In this document: one piece after another, positions 12,681 through 23,627 of the stretch
How the letters are laid out: the number at the start of each line of letters is the position of its first letter
Position numbering within the stretch: position 1 is the first letter of the stretch
Assembly: GCA_949358305.1 (NCBI GenBank)
Contig: OX442314.1
Coordinates: 6,696,001 to 6,760,000 of the forward strand
From: Strigamia acuminata
Taxonomy: Eukaryota
Direction: 5' to 3'
Length of the DNA: 64,000 nucleotides
Position numbers and translations under genes: made by a program
The notes under the pieces: model-generated
Seen by the model: only the letters and a program-made list of their open reading frames with translations
Database searches by the model: none
Told to the model about the DNA's origin: nothing

Positions 12681-14765
12681 TAACATTTCAAACCTTTTTT
12701 TGTCAAAACTTTTCAGTAAGAAATAATTTTTTTAAGAAGAGTTCCAGACTAATTAGATGGTTCTCTACAACTTTGTAATTGGAAATTTTGCTTTAACTTG
12801 ATTGGTTTAGAAGTTAGCAAGTGACTTTTGAGGTCAAATTTGAGGATCCCATTAGATTCGCAATGAAATATTTCCCTTATGAGTTTTTCTTCAGTTTTCT
12901 GATATCTCAGGTATTTTGGAAATTACTTGGGGTGGTTCAGACTTTTGGGCCACCCTGTATACTTCACTTCGAACCAACAATTCGTTGTAGAAATACTAAG
13001 ATTACTTATATTTCGTGTAAGCATCTAGAGTGGGCTGAAAACCCACAGACGCATTCCCTCCCGCTTCATGCCAACATCCCGTTGTAGAATGTAGAATCTA
13101 GAGTGAAGCAATTCACAGACGCATTGTAATGTAGTATTTAGAGTGAAGTAATTCACAGACGCATTATTGGAGTAGCCGAGCGGAGTCATTTCCCGGTTAT
13201 TCTCCCGCCAGCCAGAACCGTGTTGGAGTAATTTCCCGGTAATGGATAACCTTTCCTGCGAGAAACTTCTTGATTCAATTCGTTGTTGGTTGATGGAACA
13301 TTTAAGCATGGCTTAGATGTTGATTGCACTGGGGCAAAAATAGCTCGGCGCTATTTTAATATATTCTTTATTTTCACAGTTTTCCCTCAGTTTTGCAATT
13401 ATTATCAAGACTGAAGCCTTCAAGTGATATTATTTTAGGGCTTTTGCCAACCAATTGTATATTTTAACGTACCGTTATTTTAGCCATTTGTAGGCCTAGT
13501 ATTTATATAAATTCCAACTCGTAATAAATTGTTATATGTTTTGAGAAAACATGCAAGCCTCCTTTTTACACTTATAGTTCACATGCAGTTCACACTTTAA
13601 TTGTTATGCAATTGCTATCTTGAAAAGGTAATCGTCACAATGTGCTCATGAAAATTTGGATTATTCTAAACTTTCTGAACTGACTGTAGACTTTAGACGT
13701 TTGATTGTAGGATGTTGGATGTTGGGTCAGAATTATTGATCCTCGAGTTTCTTAGTAAAATTTACCAATTTGTGTTCTCTGATCAGTCTTGAATTTTTCC
13801 ATGATTAATCTTTTAAGTCTTCTTTACAAAATAATTTTAAAAAAATTTAAAAAAAAAATTATTTTAAGAAAGGTTATTTTTCCTCACCCTGTACTTGGCT
13901 AATGAAACTGTATTTTTGTATTCTAGACGATTTTGAAGCTAATTATGATTTTAATGATCTCGCGAGATCAAAAGTAGCGCAAGATATGTTTCGCACATCC
14001 CAGTGTGCGTGAATCGACAGTGGCACTGTCGATTCGATCAATGGGGTTAAATTGACCATTAGTGACAATAAATAATAGAGGAAATATTGGTTATTTTAAC
14101 ATAGTTTTCACGAGTTTGTGGGACTAACCTGAGACTGCAGGAGAGGAACCACCTACTCAATTACCAGCCCACAAAATTCGCCTCTTTTCTTAGCCCCCAC
14201 CCGCGCCAAAGTTTCATCCCGTTTCGCTAAGCCACAAGCAAATAAGAAAATCAATCAATACCCGTATAGAGGGCAAAGCTATTCTAATCATTTTTAACAC
14301 CAAAAACTCACTTTTTGGATGTTACGTTCGTTTTTTGGTCGAGTCACTTGGAGTAACTTGCACTGGGATATTTGGAATCCCGTTCAACAAATCCCACAAT
14401 CCTCCTCGATGTGTCGATGTGTCGACGTTCCGCGTCACGTCATACAAACGTGCCGCGCCAGATCATCAAAACCTGACTTGGTTTACGCCATGCCTCGCCA
14501 ACCCAAACCATGGGTATCAACAATAGCGGCGCCGCTATTGTTGATACTACTGATTTGCAACAAGATGACTTGGGTCGGATTTGAATGCCGCGCCAACTAA
14601 TGCCGCGCGGAGTACTCGTCACCATAGATTAATTGATTATGGTAATTACTTTTCGTAGAATACCTTTTTTTATTTGTGCGCAATCACCAGAGGGAAGTGG
14701 AATAGGATTCATGGCTGTTTTCTATAATAAAGAAAACAACACATTTTCATTGTTCGGTTTATATT

Positions 14766-15570
14766 TTAAAAATGCAGTATATCAATTACTATTGTCGTAA
14801 CACGAATTTTTTTGTAAACAGTGAGTGAGTTCCAAATATCTTCCACTGATAATTCGACATTGAACAAATGCCAGGGTGATATGTTGCTACAAGTTTTATT
14901 GGTGTTTTTAAGTAACTGTAATCTCACTTTGTCCATTATATCATTTTGTTGTTCTCCACAGATGGTGATGGTAGGAAACTCATTATATCGCTGATGAACG
15001 ATTTCATCGCTTATAGTTACCGGTTCATCAATGTAGTAGTTGAAACGAATGTGCAGGCAAAATAAAGTAAATCCTGCACTAACTAACACAAGTATTAACT
15101 TTATTTTTTCTAAGACTTTATTTGTTTTTGTTTGATCTTCACGTGCAATGACTTGCTTTTTGCATGTCTCGTAAAGAAGGCGGATCTTATTAACGGGTCT
15201 TTTTCGTTGGTTGTTTGATGCGATGCAATGTAAATACCAAATGATTTTCGGTATTGAGACCAAAGATAGACCAAGAAACAGGCCCAGATTACCTCCTAAA
15301 TCTGACAATAGAGCAATAACGTCATAGGTGTAACGTTCTTCATATACAGTAATTTTTTCATTTGTTATTGCTAAAGATAAGGACGTCCTTTTCTCATCAT
15401 CTGCTCTGTTTGCATCAGTGTGTGGTGTAAACATTATTTGTTGACATGGACGTTGACATAGACAATCAGTAATTGGGTTCAAGTACTTTAAGCGCAAAAT
15501 AAATTCGTATTTTTGCGATGTATTGTTTGAACATTTGCAAAGTGGTAAATCTATTTCCATGAAGGGGAAT
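14766..15570 (-). CDS. DEG/ENaC exon encoding the end of one channel unit (TM2) fused in frame to the start of a second unit (TM1, FPTITIC)
   Basis: One open frame: RFPFM...LPLC...CLCQRPC...YEERYTYDVIALLSDLGGNLGLFLGLSLVS, ~40-aa basic linker, IKLILVLVSAGFTLFCL...YYIDEPVTI...EFPTITIC. AG acceptor at 15571-15572 and possible GTAATT donor at 14789. Confidence 0.85.
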
Positions 15571-17310
15571 CTTGTATCGAAGATATTTAATTACTAGTAC
15601 TTTTTAAATTGCGTAATATCAAGCACGGATCAGTAGATGCATTCAAAGTTAAAATCCAAATTTGACTTTCATAATCTGAATTATTGATAACTCATAACTC
15701 ATTTGATAAGTTGAATGTCAAGTCAATATCAATGTGGCTTATTTGTGTGAAGTATTATTTAAGTCAGAGATAATTGTTGTAATTTGCATCATAAAATTTA
15801 TAAGTTAATCAAAACATGTGACCTATTTGATCACTTTGATAAGTTATTAAAAATGGATGCCACTTCAGCACAATCTAACTCTAAAACAGAACAATTCCAG
15901 CAAGAAACTGGTCTAGAAATGAAAGAATGGAATTTGCTAACTAGGTTGCTCATCAACACACACCTAGGCAAAGGTAAGGCTAGTAATGATTTTTTTCTTG
16001 TTTTTCAATGGTGATGCATGTTCAATTTCCAAATATAAATAACATCTATCTCAATGCGCACTTTCCTTGAGATAATAAATAAAATGATTTTATTGATATT
16101 ATTAATGGAGCCATTAAGTCCATTAATGTCATTAAAATCATTTCATTTTATTAAGTTTCAAATAGGATGCTGTTTTTGTAGTACCGGTAACTATTTTTTA
16201 AAGTTTTTTTTTATTTTAAAATGCTTGTTTGTTTCATTAAATATTTTAAACTAAAAAATGCATTTTATTAACCCTCGCAGTACCATCCTAAAAAAAATCC
16301 CTTACTCACCCATTTTTTACCCCAAGCCGAAAATTTTTTTCCAAAAATGAGTGAAAATGATTTTATTCTCTGAGTATTTCATGTTTATGAAGAAATTTAA
16401 GCAATTCGGTATTTCTCAAAAGAGAACGACAAAAATAATTGACATTGTATTCAAAAGTAGTGAGTAAACAATGGAATTTTGCAAAAATTTTTTTTTGCAA
16501 TTTTGCAATCTATTAATTTTTTTATTGTTTGTTATGCTTTTGATGTTAAATGAAAATACATGAAATTTCAGAATGGAAATCCCAATAGTTTTCGAGAGAA
16601 AAAATAAAAACATTTTTGGAGGTCAAAATTGAGCCTAGGTTGGGGTGGGAAGGATTAAAAAATAAAAACAAAATTGCAACATTTTAATAATTAGAAAACT
16701 AGAAACAATAAAAAAAACACCGAATTATTTTTTTTGCGGTAGTGCACAGTCTCAGGATGGGATCCCATTGGCCTAGCCATATTACGCCTAACCTGAGACT
16801 GTGCACTACCGCAAAAAAAATAATTTGGTGTTTTTTTTAACTCGAGTTAGGCCAATCTTGAAGTGGGTTTGAGTATATTTGACTTATCTGGCTTATCAGT
16901 AAGCCAGATTTATATATCGTATTGCCGCATATAATAGCCGGGGCTTTTAAAAATTTTCTTGACCCGTTTATAGAATTTTCGTTCCAAGTCCGCCAGGCGA
17001 TAAAACGGTTCCCGGCGCCTTTTTGAGGCAGTACGGTAAGTCAGGTTTTGATGCATGCTTTGATGTACTTTAAGATCACTTTCTGGGTCTGATAGGTCAT
17101 TTCAAACAAATCATGTGTCATAAGTCATTTGACTTTGATTTTGAATGCACCTAGTGTCACCTTGATATGTTCTTACCTGCATGTCAGATGTATTTTATAA
17201 CTTTTTAATAAACAACTTTGATAGCATTTTTTGTATCCTTTTTCACTGGAGCATGAATTTATAGGCGAATTAAGAAATATAAGCTAAAATTAAATACCAG
17301 TTTGTACATG

Positions 17311-19662
17311 TGTGACGGTTACATAACGATGCCTCAATTCGTCAATAGATGGCGCGCTTCAATTTTAGCGGCAAATTCACCCAGAATTACAAGAGTTGAG
17401 TTTAAACAGTATAAAACTTAGTTTTATGCCATTTTAACACTTATACAGATCATTTGATTATTTTATGACGATCTCGATGTTGTGCCTCCGATATAACGCC
17501 ATATTACAGTCGAAACTCTTTATAACGAATCGCGATATAACGAATTATCTCTATAACGAATTGTTTAAAATTACTTGGTTGGCCAGCCATAGAACACCAT
17601 GTTAAATATTTTCGTTATAACGAATTTCGATATAACGAATTATTCGTTATAACGAACAGGTTTTCAGGTACACTGTAATACCAACAAGCCCTCGTTATAA
17701 CGAATTTTCAAAACTGATCACATGACTCACAACATCTTATGCCCATGTTAGGAACACATTTAGAAAAAATGAAAAATTTTCTGTTTTAAAATGGCTGCCA
17801 AATGAAAAGAAATTTTGATTTAGGACAAGTTGAATATTTTTAATGCCATTAACAATGGCAAGAAGCTACCAATTGTAGCAGTTGAGTTTAATTTGTCCCG
17901 TTTTAACAATTTCAACAGTTTTTAAGAATCGGGATAAAATTAACATGATTTTATGAATAAATAATGTTGTTTATGATGAAATTTTATTTTTTTCAGCTAA
18001 TTCGTTTTAACGAATTCTCGTTATAACGAATCGATTTGTCCGGTCCCTTGCGATTCGTTATAAAGAGTTTCGACTGTACACCAATAGATGGCGCTGACGA
18101 CTAAAAGCGGCAAATTCGAGTAGAATTTGTCCTTTAATATAAAAACACATAAAACGCAACTTTTATGTGATTTTAAGATAGAGGAACAGTTTATCTTTAT
18201 TTATGAAAGTAAATACTGATATTATGTTGTTTTATGCTAACTTTATCCAAGTTATCATAAAACTAGGTTAAGGGATTAAGTCACCCCTTCGCACCTGCTC
18301 CAAGCTCGGACTCCCCACGGATTAAGCGAAAGGACTTAATCCAAAAGTGTCCCTGCGTATCCAGTTCCTGTCCTGACCTAGCAGAGAGCTATGGCCTGTG
18401 TATCCAGTTCCTGTTGACCACCTGGACTGGATATAATTGATGAATGTGTCCTGAGTATCCCATCACTGTGACCAGTGATTGGAGGGATTTGGGGGACTGT
18501 TGCCCTTATTAGAGCAATGGTCAAGCTATTGTTCACCACGAGTATAAACTTCCTCGCAACAGGAAGTCACTCGCTCTTGTCCAGATATTGATATATATGT
18601 TACTTGAGCCCTTCTACTGCTTCGGCTGTCTGATGATTGCTCAGACAGCGCCCCTATACATTCTGCGGGCCTATGACAAACTTCATACGGCGTACACTTG
18701 AAGTGGAGATGGGTGATATGATGCCTCCATGTCCGGGTGGCCGTGAGGAGATGCCGTCGGGCGCTTTATTCAATCCACAGTGTTCCTCAAGGCCTGCCAG
18801 ATTTGGTAAAACACGGCAGCCGAACTGCGTGTTGAAAACAAGTCATAGAAGCTAAACAACTAAACTCGAAATAGTTTAGTTAAAGTAACTTCCCAGCCGG
18901 TTTATGTCGCAACTCAGCATTGTACATAAACATGGATACTTCTTCCAGAACTGACCAATCTGAAGCGTAGCCACTTATAGCATTTACTAGCAAGAGTAAA
19001 TGTGTGGTTATAATACCAACTTTATGTAAGCAGAATTATTACGAGTATTTACTGCATAAGTAATACTCTAATAAACACATCCATTACACGAACCGAACCA
19101 GAAGTTATTATGATGTAAACTCGCAACAGTTTATTCATTTGAAGACTCCATTTGATTTTCCACACCAATTATAAATGTCGTAAAACATTTATAAGAGGTC
19201 AATTGGTAAATAGCTCTCACAAGCTATTTAAACCAATAACCGCCCCAGGTTGTGGCGATGCAGATAAAGTCAACCGCAAATCCTCGGATACTAACCTTTT
19301 ATTTACACAGATTAGAACCAACCAAACAGACGACAATCAACCGATTCAGACGACATCTTTGACCAGACCGAAGCCGATGTGATATTTACATAGCGCCTTA
19401 CAGGCTACTAGATGTATAGCTAATCGAATCCTCAATTTGGCCATTTGTCGGCGTTGCAATTGTATAATTGTTTATAGCAACATTGATTAATATAATCACT
19501 TCACGGTGATTATAGTGCAGATCAATAAAGATGTTATGTTTTGATAACCAGATGCCTTCTTATTTTACCCAGTTCACACTTTAGGTTTGTAAGCCTTCTC
19601 TCAGCACTGACAGATAGACTTGCTTGTTATGCTTAATTTAAGCGGAAAGCGTCATTGTCACA
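17311..19662 (+). repeat. Large solo-LTR-like repeat (TGTGAC...GTCACA), interrupted by a MITE
   Basis: Inverted hexamer ends, TATAAA near 18543 and AATAAA near 19524. Colinear with 19680-19909 plus 31745-32920. No clear TSD. Confidence 0.6.
17507..18076 (+). mobile_element. pogo/Tigger-derived MITE (same family as 7820-8388, opposite orientation)
   Basis: Same TIRs, TA TSD. Confidence 0.88.
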
Positions 19663-19679
19663 ATTTATTCATAGAAAGA

Positions 19680-19909
19680 TGATTATTTGATGGTCTTATG
19701 ATAATATTCAGTGAATTTATCATAAAACCAAGTTAAAAGGTTACTCACCCTTGCACCTGCATCAATTATTAGACACCCTGTGGATCGAGTCAAAGACTTA
19801 ATCCAAAGTGTGTCCCAGCTATCCAGTTCCTGTCCGTACCTGAGAGAAAGCTAGGCCCTGAGTATCCAGTTCCTGTTTTGACATCTGGGATCAACATAAT
19901 TGAGCAAGT
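19680..19909 (+). repeat. Diverged copy of the solo-LTR-like family, left part (continues at 31745-32920 after G1)
   Basis: Removing G1 restores CAAGTGTCCTCAGTATCC, colinear with ~18440-18460. Confidence 0.65.
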
Positions 19910-20539
19910 TGTGGTGATTCGGCATCACCTGAAGATATAATTAGGGGGTAATTATATTATTATTGATTCTTGACACTAGAGTGCGCCAGAAACGGTGACT
20001 AGACTGACTAGTCCTTAGTTTCTGCGAACCTGCATAATCACTACGATTTGCATATGACGTTATTTCCGGTTGATATATAAGATCGAAGCTTGACCGGAAA
20101 CGACACTACAGTTACCACATTTCAGCAAGAGCACCATTTACCTCACCTTTCAGGCCGTTTCACGGATTGATCGAGGACCGGTGCCCGCTGACCATTCAAC
20201 TGTACAACAGCCACATTTATTTAGCGTAGCCAAACAACGCTAGAATAAATATCCAAGCGATATTCGTTTAATTCGCACGAGAAAGCGAATTCTCGCGTGT
20301 TCATTATAACACGTGGAAATAACCCTAGACAACAACACAGACCACGCGTAGGACTAAACAATAGGATCCGCCATTGTTTAGCGGCGACTCGTATTCGCAG
20401 AAGAATCCGAGGACCATCACTGGAATCATCTAAACCATTACTGTATTAGTAAGCGCGTTAATAAAGCAGTATTGCAACATATATCATATTCCCGAGTACT
20501 ATTATTTATTATCTTTAACCACAAAGTCGAATCACGACA
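19910..20539 (+). repeat. G1 5' LTR
   Basis: Direct repeat of 31111-31740 with about 5 differences by eye. TATATAA at 20074. Confidence 0.97.
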
Positions 20540-20541
20540 CG

Positions 20542-20559
20542 TGGGGGTCTGTCCGGGAT
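20542..20559 (+). promoter_or_regulatory. Primer-binding site, tRNA-Pro-like
   Basis: TGGGGGTCTGTCCGGGAT versus the canonical TGGGGGCTCGTCCGGGAT. Confidence 0.8.
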
Positions 20560-20631
20560 AGATTTGCTAACCTTAAGACAATACTTTAAATAATAACCGG
20601 GATCTTTCGATCGATCATTATATCGTAAGAA

Positions 20632-23580
20632 ATGACGAAAACCACCGCTGAAGACCGAAAGAAGCGCAACGACGAAAAGGAGAAAAAAGAAGCCGAAGAA
20701 ATCGAGCGTCAAAAAGCCGAAGAAGTCGACCGCCAGAAAGCCGAAGAGATCGACCGTCGAAAGGCCGAAGAAATCGAGCGTCGAGAAGCGGAAGAAGCGA
20801 ACCGTATAGAACAAGGAATCGAGACTAGCTCGACCGAAATTCTAACGGAGTCCACGAGTGAATATCTTCCCCTCGCTAGGCAACTCCTATTTACGGGAGG
20901 CGAGTTTGGAACAAGTAGCTCTCACGAAACGAACAGACTAAATAAATCGTTTGAGAATCCACAATTCGGATTGAAAAGTCCAAGGGGAGTCGGGAAGGAC
21001 GCCAGCGAATTAGACCTGATGACGCTTTTAACGAAGGCAGCAAATACTGGCGCCGCAATTGTTAACGAGGCCGCTCGAGCCGAGCAAGCCAGAGCTGTCG
21101 CATTGGAAGCCAAGAAAAACGAATTGATGGAAGAATTAGCCAGGGAACACCGCGAGAAGCTAGCCGCGGTAGAGCAAAATTTGGCCCGCGAACGCCAAGC
21201 CAAACAAATGGCTGCCGCCCGCGAAAGCCAAGAAAAGCAAATAGCGCTGGAGCGCGAGCTGACCCGCGAACTGCTGGCAAAGCAGAAAATCATCGAGCGA
21301 GAGATGGCGAAAGACTACAAAGTCCCGCCACCGAATAATGGGTCGAGTCGACGCTCAGAGACAGACTCTAGGCAAGACTCCCCAGAGCGATCCTACTCAG
21401 CTAAGGAACTGGTCGCTAAAGCAATAGAAGTAACTCGAGAGGCCTGCGCGCACGGGATCGAGATCGATCAGGACAAAGACCCGTATGAAGAACTAGAAAG
21501 GGTAATCGACCTGGTAAATCAAAGGACCGAGAAGAGAGCAGCAGAAATTTCGACGAGACGCGGAGAAAAACGACGTCGAGTCGGAGCGGATCGACAGCAG
21601 ACCGAGACCAACGAAGAAGCAGCCTCGGACAGCGAAAGCATCGACTCACTAGCCTCCCACAGCAATATTCGAGTTACCGCACTAGACAGCATAGTAAACG
21701 AATCGGGCGAGGTTCAAGGAGAGCTGTACGAAGCATTTGTGCAAGATAGTCGAAATAATCAGGGCGCCGAGTCATGGGCGTTAAAAAATACCTTCGCGAT
21801 GAAAACTGGCCTAACCAGTAACATGCATCCGAGCGACCCTAATTCCGAACTAATTCGGTGCATAAATCAAAAGAACCAAATACGAAATGAAGCGGGTCGT
21901 AATAAATTGGCCATGCCAACGCTCGAGGAGATCAACGCAGTTAAGAATCACCTCGAAAAGAAGCACGCCGCCGAAGCCTATGCTGGAAGAGACGCCTTTG
22001 TATTCATCAAAAAAGTAGACGGAAAGCCCACGGGGACTCGATTGGACGACCTGATACCACCCGGAACTCAACTGGGTCAAACTACGGCTCCCGTAAAAAC
22101 GACCCCCGAAAGCTCAACAGTAGCACAAGACCTTACGAATAATCCGAATCCCGTAGGGTTACGAGGACAGACGCTATTCCAGCCGAACCAACTCGGAGCT
22201 ACAAGACAGGGCAACCATTTCCCAAGTCTTCCCTCCAACAATACTCGATCGTCGCCACCGCTTAGTGAGACTGACTCGCTAAGCGACAAGCTACAGGCGA
22301 TGAAAGACGAACTCCTCCAGGCAGTGGACCAGAAATTCCAACAAAACCATAGCCAAAGCAGTGAGGAAGACGACCGGAGCGAGGGATTACTGAAACGTTA
22401 CTCTGCGGACCGATGGTTGTACGCCCGTAAGGACAACAACATCAAATGGACGACTTTACGACTAACCAAGTTTGACGGATCATGGAATGCCGGAAACTTC
22501 TTTCTCGACGAAGTCGCTTTGACGATAAACCGACTAGGAGCGGAACCCGACGAAATGGTCGCGCGGAGAGTACCGGAAATGCTCATACACCGAGCCAGAA
22601 TCTGGTACAACAAGGTCCAGCCCCGAAATTGGGAAGACTTTATCATCAAGTTTCACAACCAATTTGGCGAGACGAGCCAAGAAATCCAGAAAAGAGTAAG
22701 CTCCATGCAGCAAGCTCCCGGAGAAACGCTGAGAGAATATGTACAGCGAGCAGATAGTATGTTTCGAGAAATGGACAAGCCATTTAATCAACATGCGCAA
22801 AAAGCTCTCTTCGAGCAGGGCCTGAACCCAACCGCGACGAAAGTCTTACGGGACATGAACGCCCCTAGAGGAGACAACTTTACCGCCATTTTTGCATTTG
22901 TTGAGAAGAAACACACCGAAGTAAACGCTCGGTATAACGAAGCTCTGACGAAGGAAGAACGAGCTCTGGGGGTAGCCAGACAGCAAAGAATCCAAGAGAG
23001 AAGCATAGACTCCGCTAAGCTGCTCCAGTCCCAGAACTACCTGAACGGAAGCATCGAGCCACTCCCAACGAAAAAGAATCAACAAACTTCCAACCCGATA
23101 CCACCGCCAAATAAGGCCTATCATACGCAGACTAACACTGCCGAAGAGAAGTCCGAGGATGAAGAATGTGAGCAATCTGAGCAATACTCGGACAGTGACG
23201 AAGTCGATGAACAAATCAACGACGTTGTCCACGCGAATATGGGGAAAGAGCTGGCGCCCAGCTATCGTCCGCAAATGAAGACCCAGAAAAAATCAGAGCA
23301 TCATAACCCAAAAGCAGAAGCGGCCTCCGAGAAGAAAGAGAATCCCAAAAGGCCATTTACGCTAGGGAAGAAAAGAAGCCCCTGCAACTTCTGTGAGGAG
23401 GACGGACACTGGCGCCAAAACTGCCCGAAGTGGGCCAAAAAGAAGGCTGACGACAAGATCGCGGAACGGGAGGAGATAGTAAAGCTGCTCGCCAAAGAGC
23501 AAGAAAAGATGATGAAAGAACTTACTGCTAAGTTTGGTGAAATGACAAAAAACTGGAATTCGCGGGCGGAACAAAAATAA
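20632..23580 (+). CDS. gag: Gypsy Gag (982 aa; long coiled-coil N-terminus, capsid region, CCHC knuckle)
   Basis: ARIWY...NWEDFIIKFHNQFG...QQAPGETLREYVQR and CNFCEEDGHWRQNC. Confidence 0.92.
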   Translation: MTKTTAEDRKKRNDEKEKKEAEEIERQKAEEVDRQKAEEIDRRKAEEIERREAEEANRIEQGIETSSTEILTESTSEYLPLARQLLFTGGEFGTSSSHETNRLNKSFENPQFGLKSPRGVGKDASELDLMTLLTKAANTGAAIVNEAARAEQARAVALEAKKNELMEELAREHREKLAAVEQNLARERQAKQMAAARESQEKQIALERELTRELLAKQKIIEREMAKDYKVPPPNNGSSRRSETDSRQDSPERSYSAKELVAKAIEVTREACAHGIEIDQDKDPYEELERVIDLVNQRTEKRAAEISTRRGEKRRRVGADRQQTETNEEAASDSESIDSLASHSNIRVTALDSIVNESGEVQGELYEAFVQDSRNNQGAESWALKNTFAMKTGLTSNMHPSDPNSELIRCINQKNQIRNEAGRNKLAMPTLEEINAVKNHLEKKHAAEAYAGRDAFVFIKKVDGKPTGTRLDDLIPPGTQLGQTTAPVKTTPESSTVAQDLTNNPNPVGLRGQTLFQPNQLGATRQGNHFPSLPSNNTRSSPPLSETDSLSDKLQAMKDELLQAVDQKFQQNHSQSSEEDDRSEGLLKRYSADRWLYARKDNNIKWTTLRLTKFDGSWNAGNFFLDEVALTINRLGAEPDEMVARRVPEMLIHRARIWYNKVQPRNWEDFIIKFHNQFGETSQEIQKRVSSMQQAPGETLREYVQRADSMFREMDKPFNQHAQKALFEQGLNPTATKVLRDMNAPRGDNFTAIFAFVEKKHTEVNARYNEALTKEERALGVARQQRIQERSIDSAKLLQSQNYLNGSIEPLPTKKNQQTSNPIPPPNKAYHTQTNTAEEKSEDEECEQSEQYSDSDEVDEQINDVVHANMGKELAPSYRPQMKTQKKSEHHNPKAEAASEKKENPKRPFTLGKKRSPCNFCEEDGHWRQNCPKWAKKKADDKIAEREEIVKLLAKEQEKMMKELTAKFGEMTKNWNSRAEQK

Positions 23581-23597
23581 CTCCGTTACCGCTCGCG
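23547..23597 (+). promoter_or_regulatory. -1 ribosomal frameshift signal (gag to pol)
   Basis: A AAA AAC heptamer in the gag frame, 7-nt spacer, stem CGCGGGCGG/CCGCTCGCG. The -1 frame is open into pol. Confidence 0.85.
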
Positions 23598-23627
23598 ATA
23601 ACCTCCTCCTTACTGGACCTCACACTG

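Noticed and set aside
16272..16654. Third piggyBac-type MITE
   Set aside because: TTAA flanks are present but the terminal repeats are too degenerate to support a call.
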